From Candidatus Poseidoniaceae archaeon (lineage in GTDB: Archaea; Thermoplasmatota; Poseidoniia; Poseidoniales; Poseidoniaceae), in assembly GCA_965659685.1 (NCBI GenBank), contig CBFHXB010000002.1:71903-135902 (forward strand): 64,000 nucleotides of DNA, in the 5' to 3' direction. Numbering within the stretch: the stretch's first letter is position 1; each line of letters starts with the position of its first letter. Both the position numbers and the translations under genes were made by a program. The notes beneath the pieces were generated by a model. The model saw nothing but the letters and a program-made list of their open reading frames with translations. It made no database searches and was not told the origin of the DNA. Positions 1 through 7,671 of the stretch are shown piece after piece.

Positions 1-1065
1 GGCGGCGCCGAAGGAAAGCGAGCCCCCTACAGCATGGAAGACATTCGACAATGCATGCTTCACGTCGTTGACGTGGACTGGAGCAAAACGACGGACATCA
101 CGCCCGACGTGAAGCTCACCTTCGAGAACGCAGGTCACATCCTTGGTTCGTCTGCCGTCCACCTCAACATCGCCGACGGCAAGCACAACATCGTGTTCAG
201 TGGCGATCAGAAGTACGAGAAGTCCTGGCTTTTCGACGCGGCCAACGTCCGGTTTCCACGGTGCGAAACGCTGGTCATCGAATCCACATACGGCGCCAGC
301 GGCGACTACCAGCCCTCCCGTGAAGAAGCGACCATGGAATTGCAGGACATCGTCACACGGACGATTGAACGCGGTGGGAAACTGATCTGTCCCGTCTTCG
401 CCGTCGGGCGTTCACAAGAAGTGATGATTGCCATCGACGACCTGTTCCGTGCGGGGAAGGTGAAGCCCGTGCCCGTCTGGTTGGACGGGATGATTCAGGA
501 AGCCACGGCGATCCACGCCGCCCATCCGGATTACCTGACGAGTTCTCTGAGGCGTTCTTTGCTGACCGACGACGGACAGAACCCCTTCACGAGCGAATGG
601 TTCCGGCCCGTCCAAGGGCGAGAGTTGCGTGAATCCATCATCATGGACACCAGCCCATGCATCGTGCTGGCGACGTCCGGGATGATGAACGGCGGCCCCG
701 TAATGGAGTACTTCAAGCACTGGGCATCCGAAACCAGAAACTCCCTATGTTTCGTGGGCTATCAGGCAGAAGGCACCCTTGGGCGTCGTCTCCAGAAGGG
801 CTTCGGTGAAGTGCCGATGATCATCAACGGCCGCACCGAGATGGTGAAAATCGGCTGTGAGATGGTCACCATCGACGGGTTCAGCGGTCACTCCGACCGT
901 CGTCAACTCCTCGATTTCGTCGACCAAATGAGCCCCACGCCCAAGGCCATCGTTTGCCACCACGGCGACTACCACAAGTGCAACGAGTTGGGCAAGACCC
1001 TGCGCGAACGATACCGGTGCCGAACCTACGCGCCTCGGAACCTTGAGACGGTCCGTCTGTTCTGA
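1..1065 (+). CDS. aCPSF1-like beta-CASP / metallo-beta-lactamase ribonuclease, C-terminal part (5' end lies upstream of the window)
   Basis: Frame 1 is open from base 1, with no stop before the ATG at 34. Motifs appear in order: ENAGHILGSS, VIESTYG, VFAVGRSQE, IDGFSGHSD, VCHHGD. This fits archaeal CPSF1-type RNases. Confidence 0.8.
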   Translation, partial: GGAEGKRAPYSMEDIRQCMLHVVDVDWSKTTDITPDVKLTFENAGHILGSSAVHLNIADGKHNIVFSGDQKYEKSWLFDAANVRFPRCETLVIESTYGASGDYQPSREEATMELQDIVTRTIERGGKLICPVFAVGRSQEVMIAIDDLFRAGKVKPVPVWLDGMIQEATAIHAAHPDYLTSSLRRSLLTDDGQNPFTSEWFRPVQGRELRESIIMDTSPCIVLATSGMMNGGPVMEYFKHWASETRNSLCFVGYQAEGTLGRRLQKGFGEVPMIINGRTEMVKIGCEMVTIDGFSGHSDRRQLLDFVDQMSPTPKAIVCHHGDYHKCNELGKTLRERYRCRTYAPRNLETVRLF

Positions 1066-1068
1066 AGC

Positions 1069-1173
1069 TCAGATCATCGGTTCGCCGCATTCAGGGCAGG
1101 GGATTCCGGGCAGGAACATCCCTGGGATGTACCCGCATTCCACGCACATTGAGGTGGTGTCGTCGATGCCCAT
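1069..1173 (-). CDS. 34-aa zinc-ribbon micro-protein (hypothetical)
   Basis: Hand translation: MGIDDTTSMCVECGYIPGMFLPGIPCPECGEPMI*. It has two CxxC knuckles. A GGGTGA Shine-Dalgarno-like run lies 5 nt before the ATG. The ORF starts 12 nt after the stop of the same-strand HAD gene and is below the ORF-track size cut-off. Confidence 0.4.
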   Translation of the reverse strand: MGIDDTTSMCVECGYIPGMFLPGIPCPECGEPMI

Positions 1174-1185
1174 CGTGCTCACCCT

Positions 1186-1974
1186 TCAATCCGTTGACCC
1201 GGTCAAAAATCCATGCTGCTTCATCGCGTCGATGACGTGATGCAAGTCGCACGTTTCGATGACCACCTTGGCATGGGGCAGCGGACGCTCGTCCCACGGG
1301 TTGAAGCAAATGGGCAAGCCGGCCTCTTGGAACATGCCAATGTCTCCGGCCGAATCACCGACCGCCACCGTATGGGTTCGGTCCACGCCGTAGCGTCGTT
1401 GGAGCATGCGCACCAGCGCGCCTTTCCCGTCCATCTGAACTTGGTATCGACCCAAGGTCCGGAGGGCACCGTTCTCGTCGTGCCCGAGTTTTGGCAACCA
1501 GCCATTCGTGAACACGTCAAGTCGACTGTCGTACCCATGCCCTGCCTCGCTGGCATAGCGTTGCTCGATGCCCCCCCACCTTCGCCGCCATGGCGTGCCT
1601 GTGGGAAAGCGCGAAGCGATGCGGTGTGCGGTGGCTTGCACCCCGCCGCTAACGATGGCGACGTGCCATCCTGCGTCCAACGCAGATTGAATCAGGGCCT
1701 CGAGACCCGGCATCAGTGGAGCGTCGAGCAAGATGTCGTCAAGGCGGTCCACGCGAGCGTCGCTACCGTCCATGGCTTGGAACGCTGCTTCGATCAGGCG
1801 GAGGTCAAGTTTGATCCAAGTCCACTCGTCGAGTTTTCCTTGGTTGTACAGGTTGAAGGACGCCGAATTGTCCGCTCCGATGGCGTCGTAGACCACCTGC
1901 CAGGTCGAAAGGTGATTGACGAGGACCCGGTCCATGTCGAGGCAGAGAAGACCCTGAGCCGGTGCAGACTTCAC
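1186..1974 (-). CDS. HAD-superfamily phosphatase (phosphoserine-phosphatase-like)
   Basis: HAD motif I is present as CLDMDRVL (DxD). VAIVSGG and the C-terminal VGDSAGD motif are also present. A 4-nt ATGA overlap links it to the upstream gene. Confidence 0.75.
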   Translation of the reverse strand: MKSAPAQGLLCLDMDRVLVNHLSTWQVVYDAIGADNSASFNLYNQGKLDEWTWIKLDLRLIEAAFQAMDGSDARVDRLDDILLDAPLMPGLEALIQSALDAGWHVAIVSGGVQATAHRIASRFPTGTPWRRRWGGIEQRYASEAGHGYDSRLDVFTNGWLPKLGHDENGALRTLGRYQVQMDGKGALVRMLQRRYGVDRTHTVAVGDSAGDIGMFQEAGLPICFNPWDERPLPHAKVVIETCDLHHVIDAMKQHGFLTGSTD

Positions 1975-2837
1975 GCCACTTCACCTTCGTTCTCGACCTG
2001 ATGGTGAAGGCCTGCGACCTGCTTTTCCATGATCCACAGCAGGATGGCGGTCATCAATGCAAACAGGCCCACCAACGTGACCGCGACGGTGGCCAAGGTG
2101 ACGCCAAGCGACGTGGAGTTGAGTTCTTTGAACTGGTCGATGACGTTTCCAGAGAGCTGAATCCCGAGCACAAAGAGGACCAAGCCAGGGAGTCCAATGA
2201 GCATCAACGGATGCTTCGATTCCAACATCCAGTAGAACATCTGTGCCATCCTTGAGGCGCTGGCCAAGGACTCTGCCTGATGCACGTTTGGCCGAGCGAT
2301 GTGTCGGCTGACACGCACGCCGAGTTCCTCGGGGAGGTCCATGGCGGTGCCAAGCGGTCCCAAGGCCGCCAAGGCCGCAAATCCAGCCGGGGTGACCTGC
2401 AGATGTTGGACGTCCGCGTTCAAGAGCACCACGTCTTCCGGCGGCCCCTCGTCTTCCCCGAGCACGATGGACACGTGGACGTCCCATCGTTCGTGCAACC
2501 GGTTGATTGAGAGGGGAAGATCACGAAGTCGCCATGCGTCGTTGACGCGAAGGAAGAGCGTGCGCTCGGCGTCCTCAAGTCCACCATCCTTCAACGAGGC
2601 GGCGAGGCTGGCTGCGGTGATGTGCTCGTCATGGAGCATCAGCACGGGGCAGGACAGCCGCTCTGCAAGTTCGACCGTGGCGTCGGTTGAGCCTCGGTCG
2701 AGCAACACGACTTCGTCCACCGTTTCACGAGCCCGAACGATGATCGACACGATCCGAAGTTCGAGGTCCGACCCGATGAGGACCAAACGGTGACGCGGCG
2801 CACTCACGCTCACCTCCCGGTCGAACGCGGGTATCAA
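1971..2837 (-). CDS. Divergent GT2-like membrane protein, paralogue of the 15825-16757 glycosyltransferase
   Basis: LLDRGSTDATVELA resembles the GT2 DDGSxDxT motif. The N-terminal PxxNE motif is replaced by GSDLE. The C-terminal two-TM hairpin (KHPLMLIGLPGLVLFVLG ... LVGLFALMTAILLWI) aligns by eye with the C-terminus of the 15825 GT2. The track start at 2837 is TTG. A GTG at 2807 preceded by GGAGGTGA is a more likely start. Confidence 0.6.
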   Translation of the reverse strand: MIPAFDREVSVSAPRHRLVLIGSDLELRIVSIIVRARETVDEVVLLDRGSTDATVELAERLSCPVLMLHDEHITAASLAASLKDGGLEDAERTLFLRVNDAWRLRDLPLSINRLHERWDVHVSIVLGEDEGPPEDVVLLNADVQHLQVTPAGFAALAALGPLGTAMDLPEELGVRVSRHIARPNVHQAESLASASRMAQMFYWMLESKHPLMLIGLPGLVLFVLGIQLSGNVIDQFKELNSTSLGVTLATVAVTLVGLFALMTAILLWIMEKQVAGLHHQVENEGEVA

Positions 2838-2870
2838 TCATCTCCTTCCCCTTGCACGTTCCGACACCTT

Positions 2871-3803
2871 ATGGGGCGCGGTCGTTGGCAGCGGAACATG
2901 TGGGAAGGGCGCCGTGTTGCGGTGGTCATGCCCGCGCGGGACGAAGCCCTCCACGTCGGTGGAGCGCTCCGCAGTTTACCCCCCGAGGTCGACCTCGTGG
3001 TGCTCGTCGATGACGGCTCCATGGACGGGACGCAAGAGGCCGCGCAGGCCGCCGAACATCATGCCGAATTGGTCGTTTTGGAAGGTGCCGGCAAAGGGGT
3101 TGGTGCAGCGGTGGCGCTGGGCTTTGGTCACCTGATGGAACGTTGGGGTCCAGACGACCTCGTTGCGGTCATGGACGGCGACGCACAAATGGACGGCGAG
3201 GACCTCATCCCGCTGTGCCGTCATCTCGTGGACACAGAGGTTGACGTGGTGAAGGGGAATCGGTTGGCCCACCCTGCAGTCCGCACGAGCATGCCCTTGT
3301 TTCGACGGTGGGCCAACCGCGGCCTCGCGGTGTTGACCACGTTGGCCTCCGGCCGGCGGGTTTACGACCCTCAGTGCGGTTTCATCGTCCTCCGAACGTC
3401 CGTGCTTGAACGAACCAAGCACGATCCAGTTTGGCCCGGTTACGGTTACGTGAACCATCGCTTCATCCACTGGTCCAGGCACGGCATTCCCGTTTCTTCG
3501 CATCCCGTCCGCCCCATCTACGGGGAGGAAACCTCAGGCATCCGCCCTGTTCGATTTTTCTTTGGCGTGGGCGCGATGTTCGTCCGTGAACACCACGCAC
3601 GCGCGTTTTCTTCGCTTGCTTCAGGTCCACACCGTGGTCGCCTTGCCCTCGCCTTGCTGTTCTACCTCGGGGGATGGGCAGCAGGACTTGGTGCACTGCT
3701 CGGCACCTTGCCGCTTACGGTGCTGTGGTTGCTTCCCATCGCGTGGTTGCTTGCGCACGGCCTGGATCGCACTGCGCATGCTGGTGGGCGCGCCAGGATT
3801 TGA
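2871..3803 (+). CDS. Family-2 glycosyltransferase
   Basis: Motifs VAVVMPARDEA, LVDDGSMDGT and the MDGDAQMD DxD motif are present, with C-terminal TM helices. The ATG at 2871 was chosen because the longer ORF (2790) overlaps the divergent gene. The 3' end overlaps tRNA-Pro on the other strand by about 22 nt. Confidence 0.8.
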   Translation: MGRGRWQRNMWEGRRVAVVMPARDEALHVGGALRSLPPEVDLVVLVDDGSMDGTQEAAQAAEHHAELVVLEGAGKGVGAAVALGFGHLMERWGPDDLVAVMDGDAQMDGEDLIPLCRHLVDTEVDVVKGNRLAHPAVRTSMPLFRRWANRGLAVLTTLASGRRVYDPQCGFIVLRTSVLERTKHDPVWPGYGYVNHRFIHWSRHGIPVSSHPVRPIYGEETSGIRPVRFFFGVGAMFVREHHARAFSSLASGPHRGRLALALLFYLGGWAAGLGALLGTLPLTVLWLLPIAWLLAHGLDRTAHAGGRARI

Positions 3804-3859
3804 ACCTGGGTCCAGGCGTCCCAAACGCCCGATGATAGGCCAAGCTACACCACGTGCCC
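3782..3859 (-). tRNA. tRNA-Pro (anticodon UGG), 3' CCA encoded
   Basis: Reverse complement: GGGCACGTGGTGTAGCTTGGCCTATCATCGGGCGTTTGGGACGCCTGGACCCAGGTTCAAATCCTGGCGCGCCCACCA. It folds as a cloverleaf with anticodon loop TTTGGGA and T-arm CCAGG/TTCAAAT/CCTGG. There is one A5:C68 mismatch in the acceptor stem. Confidence 0.9.
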
Positions 3860-3885
3860 TTGAGTGGCGCTCACGCTTCTCGTCT

Positions 3886-4338
3886 TCAACCTGACCGTTG
3901 TTCACCGAGAAGGCACCAGAGGTCACTTTCCTCCTCAAAGAGGAGACCGGTCCCCATCGCGTGTTCGATGACGTCCGGAACCGGGGTGATGGATGACCTT
4001 CGCCGAAGGGCCTTCGCCAACGCCTCCACGGTGACGTACCCGTCCTCGTTGGCCGCCTCGCGCAAGGCTGCGAACCACACTCGTGGTGAATCTTCGTCGT
4101 CGGCGCCTTTTCGAACCCGTTGGCCGCCTATACGCTTGCGAAGTTCATCGCGGAGTTCCTCAGGCGTGTTTGCCAAGGTCACCAGCACTTGGAGTTCGGC
4201 CGCGGATGCCGCCCGATCCACGACGTCCATCGGTGATGCCGTTCGATGCCCGCAGTGCGGGCAACGGTGGGCTGCACCCCGGGCGCCGTGGCAGCGCGAG
4301 CACGACGGGCAGCGGGCGACGAGCCAAACGTCGTCCAC
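3886..4338 (-). CDS. Hypothetical protein with N-terminal C4 zinc ribbon
   Basis: CPSC-x12-CPHC lies near the N-terminus and is followed by a helical acidic/basic domain. The track start (4434) overlaps the upstream gene by 86 nt. A GTG at 4338 lies 10 nt after that gene's stop and is the preferred start. No family was recognised. Confidence 0.5.
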   Translation of the reverse strand: MDDVWLVARCPSCSRCHGARGAAHRCPHCGHRTASPMDVVDRAASAAELQVLVTLANTPEELRDELRKRIGGQRVRKGADDEDSPRVWFAALREAANEDGYVTVEALAKALRRRSSITPVPDVIEHAMGTGLLFEEESDLWCLLGEQRSG

Positions 4339-4348
4339 GCCAATCCCC

Positions 4349-5005
4349 TCACAAGCTGAAATCGGTTCGATTCCCTGGGCGCATGGCGCGTGCGGCGGGA
4401 GCCTTGGTGTCGACGCGACGCTGTGCGGCGTCAATGGCTTCCTGAGCGCTCCTCGTCATGGACTTGCGGACCGGTCCGGTTCGTTGGCTTCCGAGGTTGG
4501 ACAGCGAGTCTGGGAGGATGAGTGCAGCCACGGCGACACCGTGGTGGTCGCGACCGGCGGTCACTTCGTCCACGGCAAGGTCGAAGGATTCGACCTCAAG
4601 GTCACGGGACGCCAACCGGCGCTGGAGGTTTCGGCGAAGCAAGAGGGTCGTCTCTTCGAAATCGGTCGCGGTGGTGATGGTGGCCACGACCGTGCATGGC
4701 TCACCTTCCGGTGTGCGTGCCATGGCATAGGCCACACCGGCACATGCGCTGGATCCATTCCACGCATAGGCGCTGGCAACGTGGCACTCCACGAGTGAGC
4801 CCATTGGCAAGGGCCTCGGTTGGATGGCTTGGAATCCAAGCGGCAGCATCGCCCCTTGCATGGGCACGTACCGCACGTCACCTAGGCCCAGGTCGACCAA
4901 GGCTTGGTCAAGCGCGTCCTCGGCGTTTTCTCCCCACGGCGCAACGGCGGTCATCAGCCATCCGGAAGTGGTGCTCATGGGGGCAACAGGTTGGGGCGGG
5001 TTCAT
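4349..5005 (-). CDS. Pyruvoyl-dependent arginine decarboxylase (PvlArgDC/PdaD)-like protein lacking the Ser-Ser cleavage motif
   Basis: By eye it aligns to my recollection of M. jannaschii PdaD: GENAEDALDQALVDLGLGDVRYVPMQGAMLP ... LPMGSLV versus [31 protein letters not shown] ... LPMGALV. The ATG at 5005 (MNPPQ...) fits PdaD length better than the track start at 5065. Confidence 0.6.
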   Translation of the reverse strand: MNPPQPVAPMSTTSGWLMTAVAPWGENAEDALDQALVDLGLGDVRYVPMQGAMLPLGFQAIQPRPLPMGSLVECHVASAYAWNGSSACAGVAYAMARTPEGEPCTVVATITTATDFEETTLLLRRNLQRRLASRDLEVESFDLAVDEVTAGRDHHGVAVAALILPDSLSNLGSQRTGPVRKSMTRSAQEAIDAAQRRVDTKAPAARAMRPGNRTDFSL

Positions 5006-5029
5006 CAACAGCGTGGTGCCATTCCGGGC

Positions 5030-5353
5030 ATGGTCGGGGGCCAAGGTTCGCCGAGCGGGCGTCACGCCGCATGGCCGCTGTTGGCGGTGCTCGTGCTGCT
5101 GGCCGTCGTCATGCTCTTTGCCGGACCACTGGGCGTTGTCCGTGGTTTTGCCGACGGATTGGCGCTCGCCATCACCCTCCTTGTGATCGGGCTGGTGTTG
5201 GTGCTGGTCTTGTCACGCAGGGGTGCGCGTTCCGACCCTTCAGGTTCGACGCCCGGAGTGGTTTCTGCACAGCCGATGGTCGCTCGCGCCATGCCTCATG
5301 TCGAAACGGAGGCCGACGTGGACCTCGAGGGCCTGGATCTTCCTTTGGTTTGA
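5030..5353 (+). CDS. Hypothetical small two-TM membrane protein
   Basis: ATG at 5030. Two hydrophobic helices (WPLLAVLVLLAVVMLFAGPL and LALAITLLVIGLVLVLVL) are followed by an acidic tail. Third codon positions are GC-rich. Its stop abuts the asnS stop in a TGATCA palindrome. It fills an otherwise empty gap of nearly 300 bp. Confidence 0.35.
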   Translation: MVGGQGSPSGRHAAWPLLAVLVLLAVVMLFAGPLGVVRGFADGLALAITLLVIGLVLVLVLSRRGARSDPSGSTPGVVSAQPMVARAMPHVETEADVDLEGLDLPLV

Positions 5354-6682
5354 TCAGGGCGTGACGCGACGCGAATCGCGCGGGAAGGGGATGACCTCAC
5401 GGATGTGGTCTGCTCCAGAAAGCCAACTTACCACACGGTCCACGCCAAGCCCGAAGCCGCCGTGAGGGACACCGCCGTAGGCGCGGGTGTCGATGTAGAA
5501 TTGGTACGGCTCTCGCGGCACATTTTCTTCGTCAATTCGCGCGAGAATTTCCTCTTCGGACCATGTGCGCTCTCCTCCACCGATGATCTCGCCGTATCCT
5601 TCGGGGGCCAGCAGGTCGTGGCACAACACGTAGGCTTCGTCGTCTGGGTCCATTCGGTGATAGAAGGGTTTGGCCACCTTGGGGTAATGCGTCAGGAAGT
5701 GGGGCACATCGAAGTCTGCGGTCAGCACCTTCTCCTTGCTGTAATCCAGGTCTTGACCCCACTCAATGTCCACGTTCATGCCCTGAAGCGTTTCGACGGC
5801 CTCGTCGTAGCGCATGCGTGGGTACGGATTATCCGCATAGCGGGCCACAAGATCGAGATCGCGGTCCAAACTGGCCAGTTCGTCGCTTCGCTCATCGAGC
5901 AAGGTCTTCGCAATCCGTCGGACCACGCCTTCTCCGTGGGTCATGATTTCGTCGTTGGTGGCCCACGCCAATTCCATCTCGGCGTGCCAGAACTCCGTCA
6001 AGTGTCGCCGAGTGCGGCTCTTTTCTGCGCGGAAGGACGGAGCGATGGTGTACAAACGCTCCAAGGCCGGCATCGCCGCTTCGGCGTAGAGCTGCCAGGA
6101 TTGGGTCAGATAGGCCTTCTTGCCAAAGTAAGGGACTTCGAAGAGCGTCGAACCTCCCTCGACGGCACCGGCCACGAAATTCGGGGCTTGGTACTCCACG
6201 AAGTCGAGGTCTCGGAAGTAACCGTGAATTGCACCGAACACCGAAGAGCGGATCTGCAACATCGTCGTCATCCTTGACGTTCGAAGGTAGAGGTGCCGGT
6301 GGTCGAGCAGGAATTCGGTTTCTCCGCCGTCGGCAGCGGCCATGGCGGATTCGGTGATCGGGAAGGGCCGTTCGGGGTTGACGCCACCGACCACCGTTCC
6401 AGAGACGACGCTGACTTCATGCCCGCCTTGGGCACGTTCGTCGACCTTGACTTCGCCGACGAGTTCCATGGACGATTCGATGAGCGCCTCGCTGAGGGCG
6501 GTGAAGGCCTCGTCACCGACCACGTTGCGCTTGACGACGCATTGCACCGTCCCAGTGGAATCACGCAGCACAATGAATCGGAGGTTGTTGTTGCCACGGC
6601 TTCGCTTGACCCACCCCTTCAGGGTGACCTCTTCGCCGTCATGGTTGCCCGATTGAACCGCACCGATGTAGGTCGTTTTCAT
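5354..6682 (-). CDS. asnS: Asparaginyl-tRNA synthetase (class IIb)
   Basis: FRAEKSRTRRHLTEFWHAEMELAW and YIDTRAYGGVPHGGFGLGVDRVVSWLSGADHIREVIPFPR match the AsnRS-type signature (compare E. coli [21 protein letters not shown] and YGTVPHSGFGLGFER). The ATG at 6682 (MKTTYIG) was chosen. The track start at 6745 is TTG and lies 18 nt from a tRNA. Confidence 0.9.
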   Translation of the reverse strand: MKTTYIGAVQSGNHDGEEVTLKGWVKRSRGNNNLRFIVLRDSTGTVQCVVKRNVVGDEAFTALSEALIESSMELVGEVKVDERAQGGHEVSVVSGTVVGGVNPERPFPITESAMAAADGGETEFLLDHRHLYLRTSRMTTMLQIRSSVFGAIHGYFRDLDFVEYQAPNFVAGAVEGGSTLFEVPYFGKKAYLTQSWQLYAEAAMPALERLYTIAPSFRAEKSRTRRHLTEFWHAEMELAWATNDEIMTHGEGVVRRIAKTLLDERSDELASLDRDLDLVARYADNPYPRMRYDEAVETLQGMNVDIEWGQDLDYSKEKVLTADFDVPHFLTHYPKVAKPFYHRMDPDDEAYVLCHDLLAPEGYGEIIGGGERTWSEEEILARIDEENVPREPYQFYIDTRAYGGVPHGGFGLGVDRVVSWLSGADHIREVIPFPRDSRRVTP

Positions 6683-6762
6683 GGGAATCCCGGCGATGGC
6701 TGCCTCACCCGCCATTTGAACATGACCGCCTGAGTCAGGCTCCAATGGCGTTGAGGAGAGAG

Positions 6763-6836
6763 CGGGCCTGACGGGGTTCGAACCCGCGACCGACGGATTA
6801 AGAGTCCGTCGCTCTACCTGACTAAGCTACAGGCCC
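6763..6836 (-). tRNA. tRNA-Lys (anticodon CUU), no encoded CCA
   Basis: Reverse complement: GGGCCTGTAGCTTAGTCAGGTAGAGCGACGGACTCTTAATCCGTCGGTCGCGGGTTCGAACCCCGTCAGGCCCG. The acceptor stem is perfect and the anticodon loop is CTCTTAA. Confidence 0.9.
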
Positions 6837-6857
6837 ACAGCGCGCTCCTGACGCCCG

Positions 6858-6864
6858 TATTTAA
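6858..6864 (-). promoter_or_regulatory. TATA box (TTAAATA) for tRNA-Lys
   Basis: On the minus strand, TTAAATACGGG ends 21 nt upstream of tRNA position 1. The same TAAATACGGG decamer precedes tRNA-Glu. Confidence 0.55.
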
Positions 6865-6878
6865 TCACCACGGCGGGG

Positions 6879-7580
6879 TCATGCAAGGCGGCCGCCAGGG
6901 CGTACCAGACGTGCTGCTCCTGAGGCTCCAGCAAGGTAGACCACGTCGCACATGTCGATGAAGAGGCCGACCTGCACCACGCCTGCAAGCGAAAGGAGCG
7001 CGGTTTCGACGGCCGCGGGGTCAATCAGCGTCGGTCCGGTGTGGGCGTCGATGATGTGGTTCCCGTTGTCCGTGACAAGGGGGCGGTCACCGTCCATGCG
7101 CAGGGTGGCTTCGCATCCCAAGAGGTTCGCGATGGCCGAGCGGGTGGTGCCAAGGGCAAACGGCGTGATCTCGATGGGAAGAGGAAAGGCACCGAGCACG
7201 TCAACCATCTTGCGATCGTCGGCCACGACGACCATGGCTCCTGAGGATTGGGCCACCAGTTTTTCGCGAAGGAGGGCCGCGCCTCCGCCCTTGATGAGTT
7301 GGAAGGCAGCATCCACCTCGTCAGCCCCGTCGATGACAACGTCCAGTGCGTCCACGTCATCGAGTTCAGCCAACGGCAAACCGAGTTCAGTGGCCAACGC
7401 GTGGGTCGCGAGGCTGGTCGGCACGCCCACCACGTCCAACCCCTCTTCGTGATGCTGGCGAGCAAGTTCCACGATGGTGTGGTGGACGGTTGAACCGGTG
7501 CCCAAACCCAGGGTCATGCCGTCCTCGACCTCGTTGCAGGCGGCGATGCCGGCCAAGCGCTTGGCTTCGTCAATGGACAT
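6879..7580 (-). CDS. rpiA: Ribose-5-phosphate isomerase A
   Basis: Motifs GLGTGSTV, DGADEVD and LIKGGGAALLREK are present, and the length is 233 aa. Confidence 0.9.
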   Translation of the reverse strand: MSIDEAKRLAGIAACNEVEDGMTLGLGTGSTVHHTIVELARQHHEEGLDVVGVPTSLATHALATELGLPLAELDDVDALDVVIDGADEVDAAFQLIKGGGAALLREKLVAQSSGAMVVVADDRKMVDVLGAFPLPIEITPFALGTTRSAIANLLGCEATLRMDGDRPLVTDNGNHIIDAHTGPTLIDPAAVETALLSLAGVVQVGLFIDMCDVVYLAGASGAARLVRPGGRLA

Positions 7581-7671
7581 GCGGCAAGGTCAACCGGCCC
7601 AGTCCAAAGGCTATGCCCCTCGTGCCGGGATGCTCCGAAGCATTCAATGGCGAGGAAGAAGGTGGTGAAGC

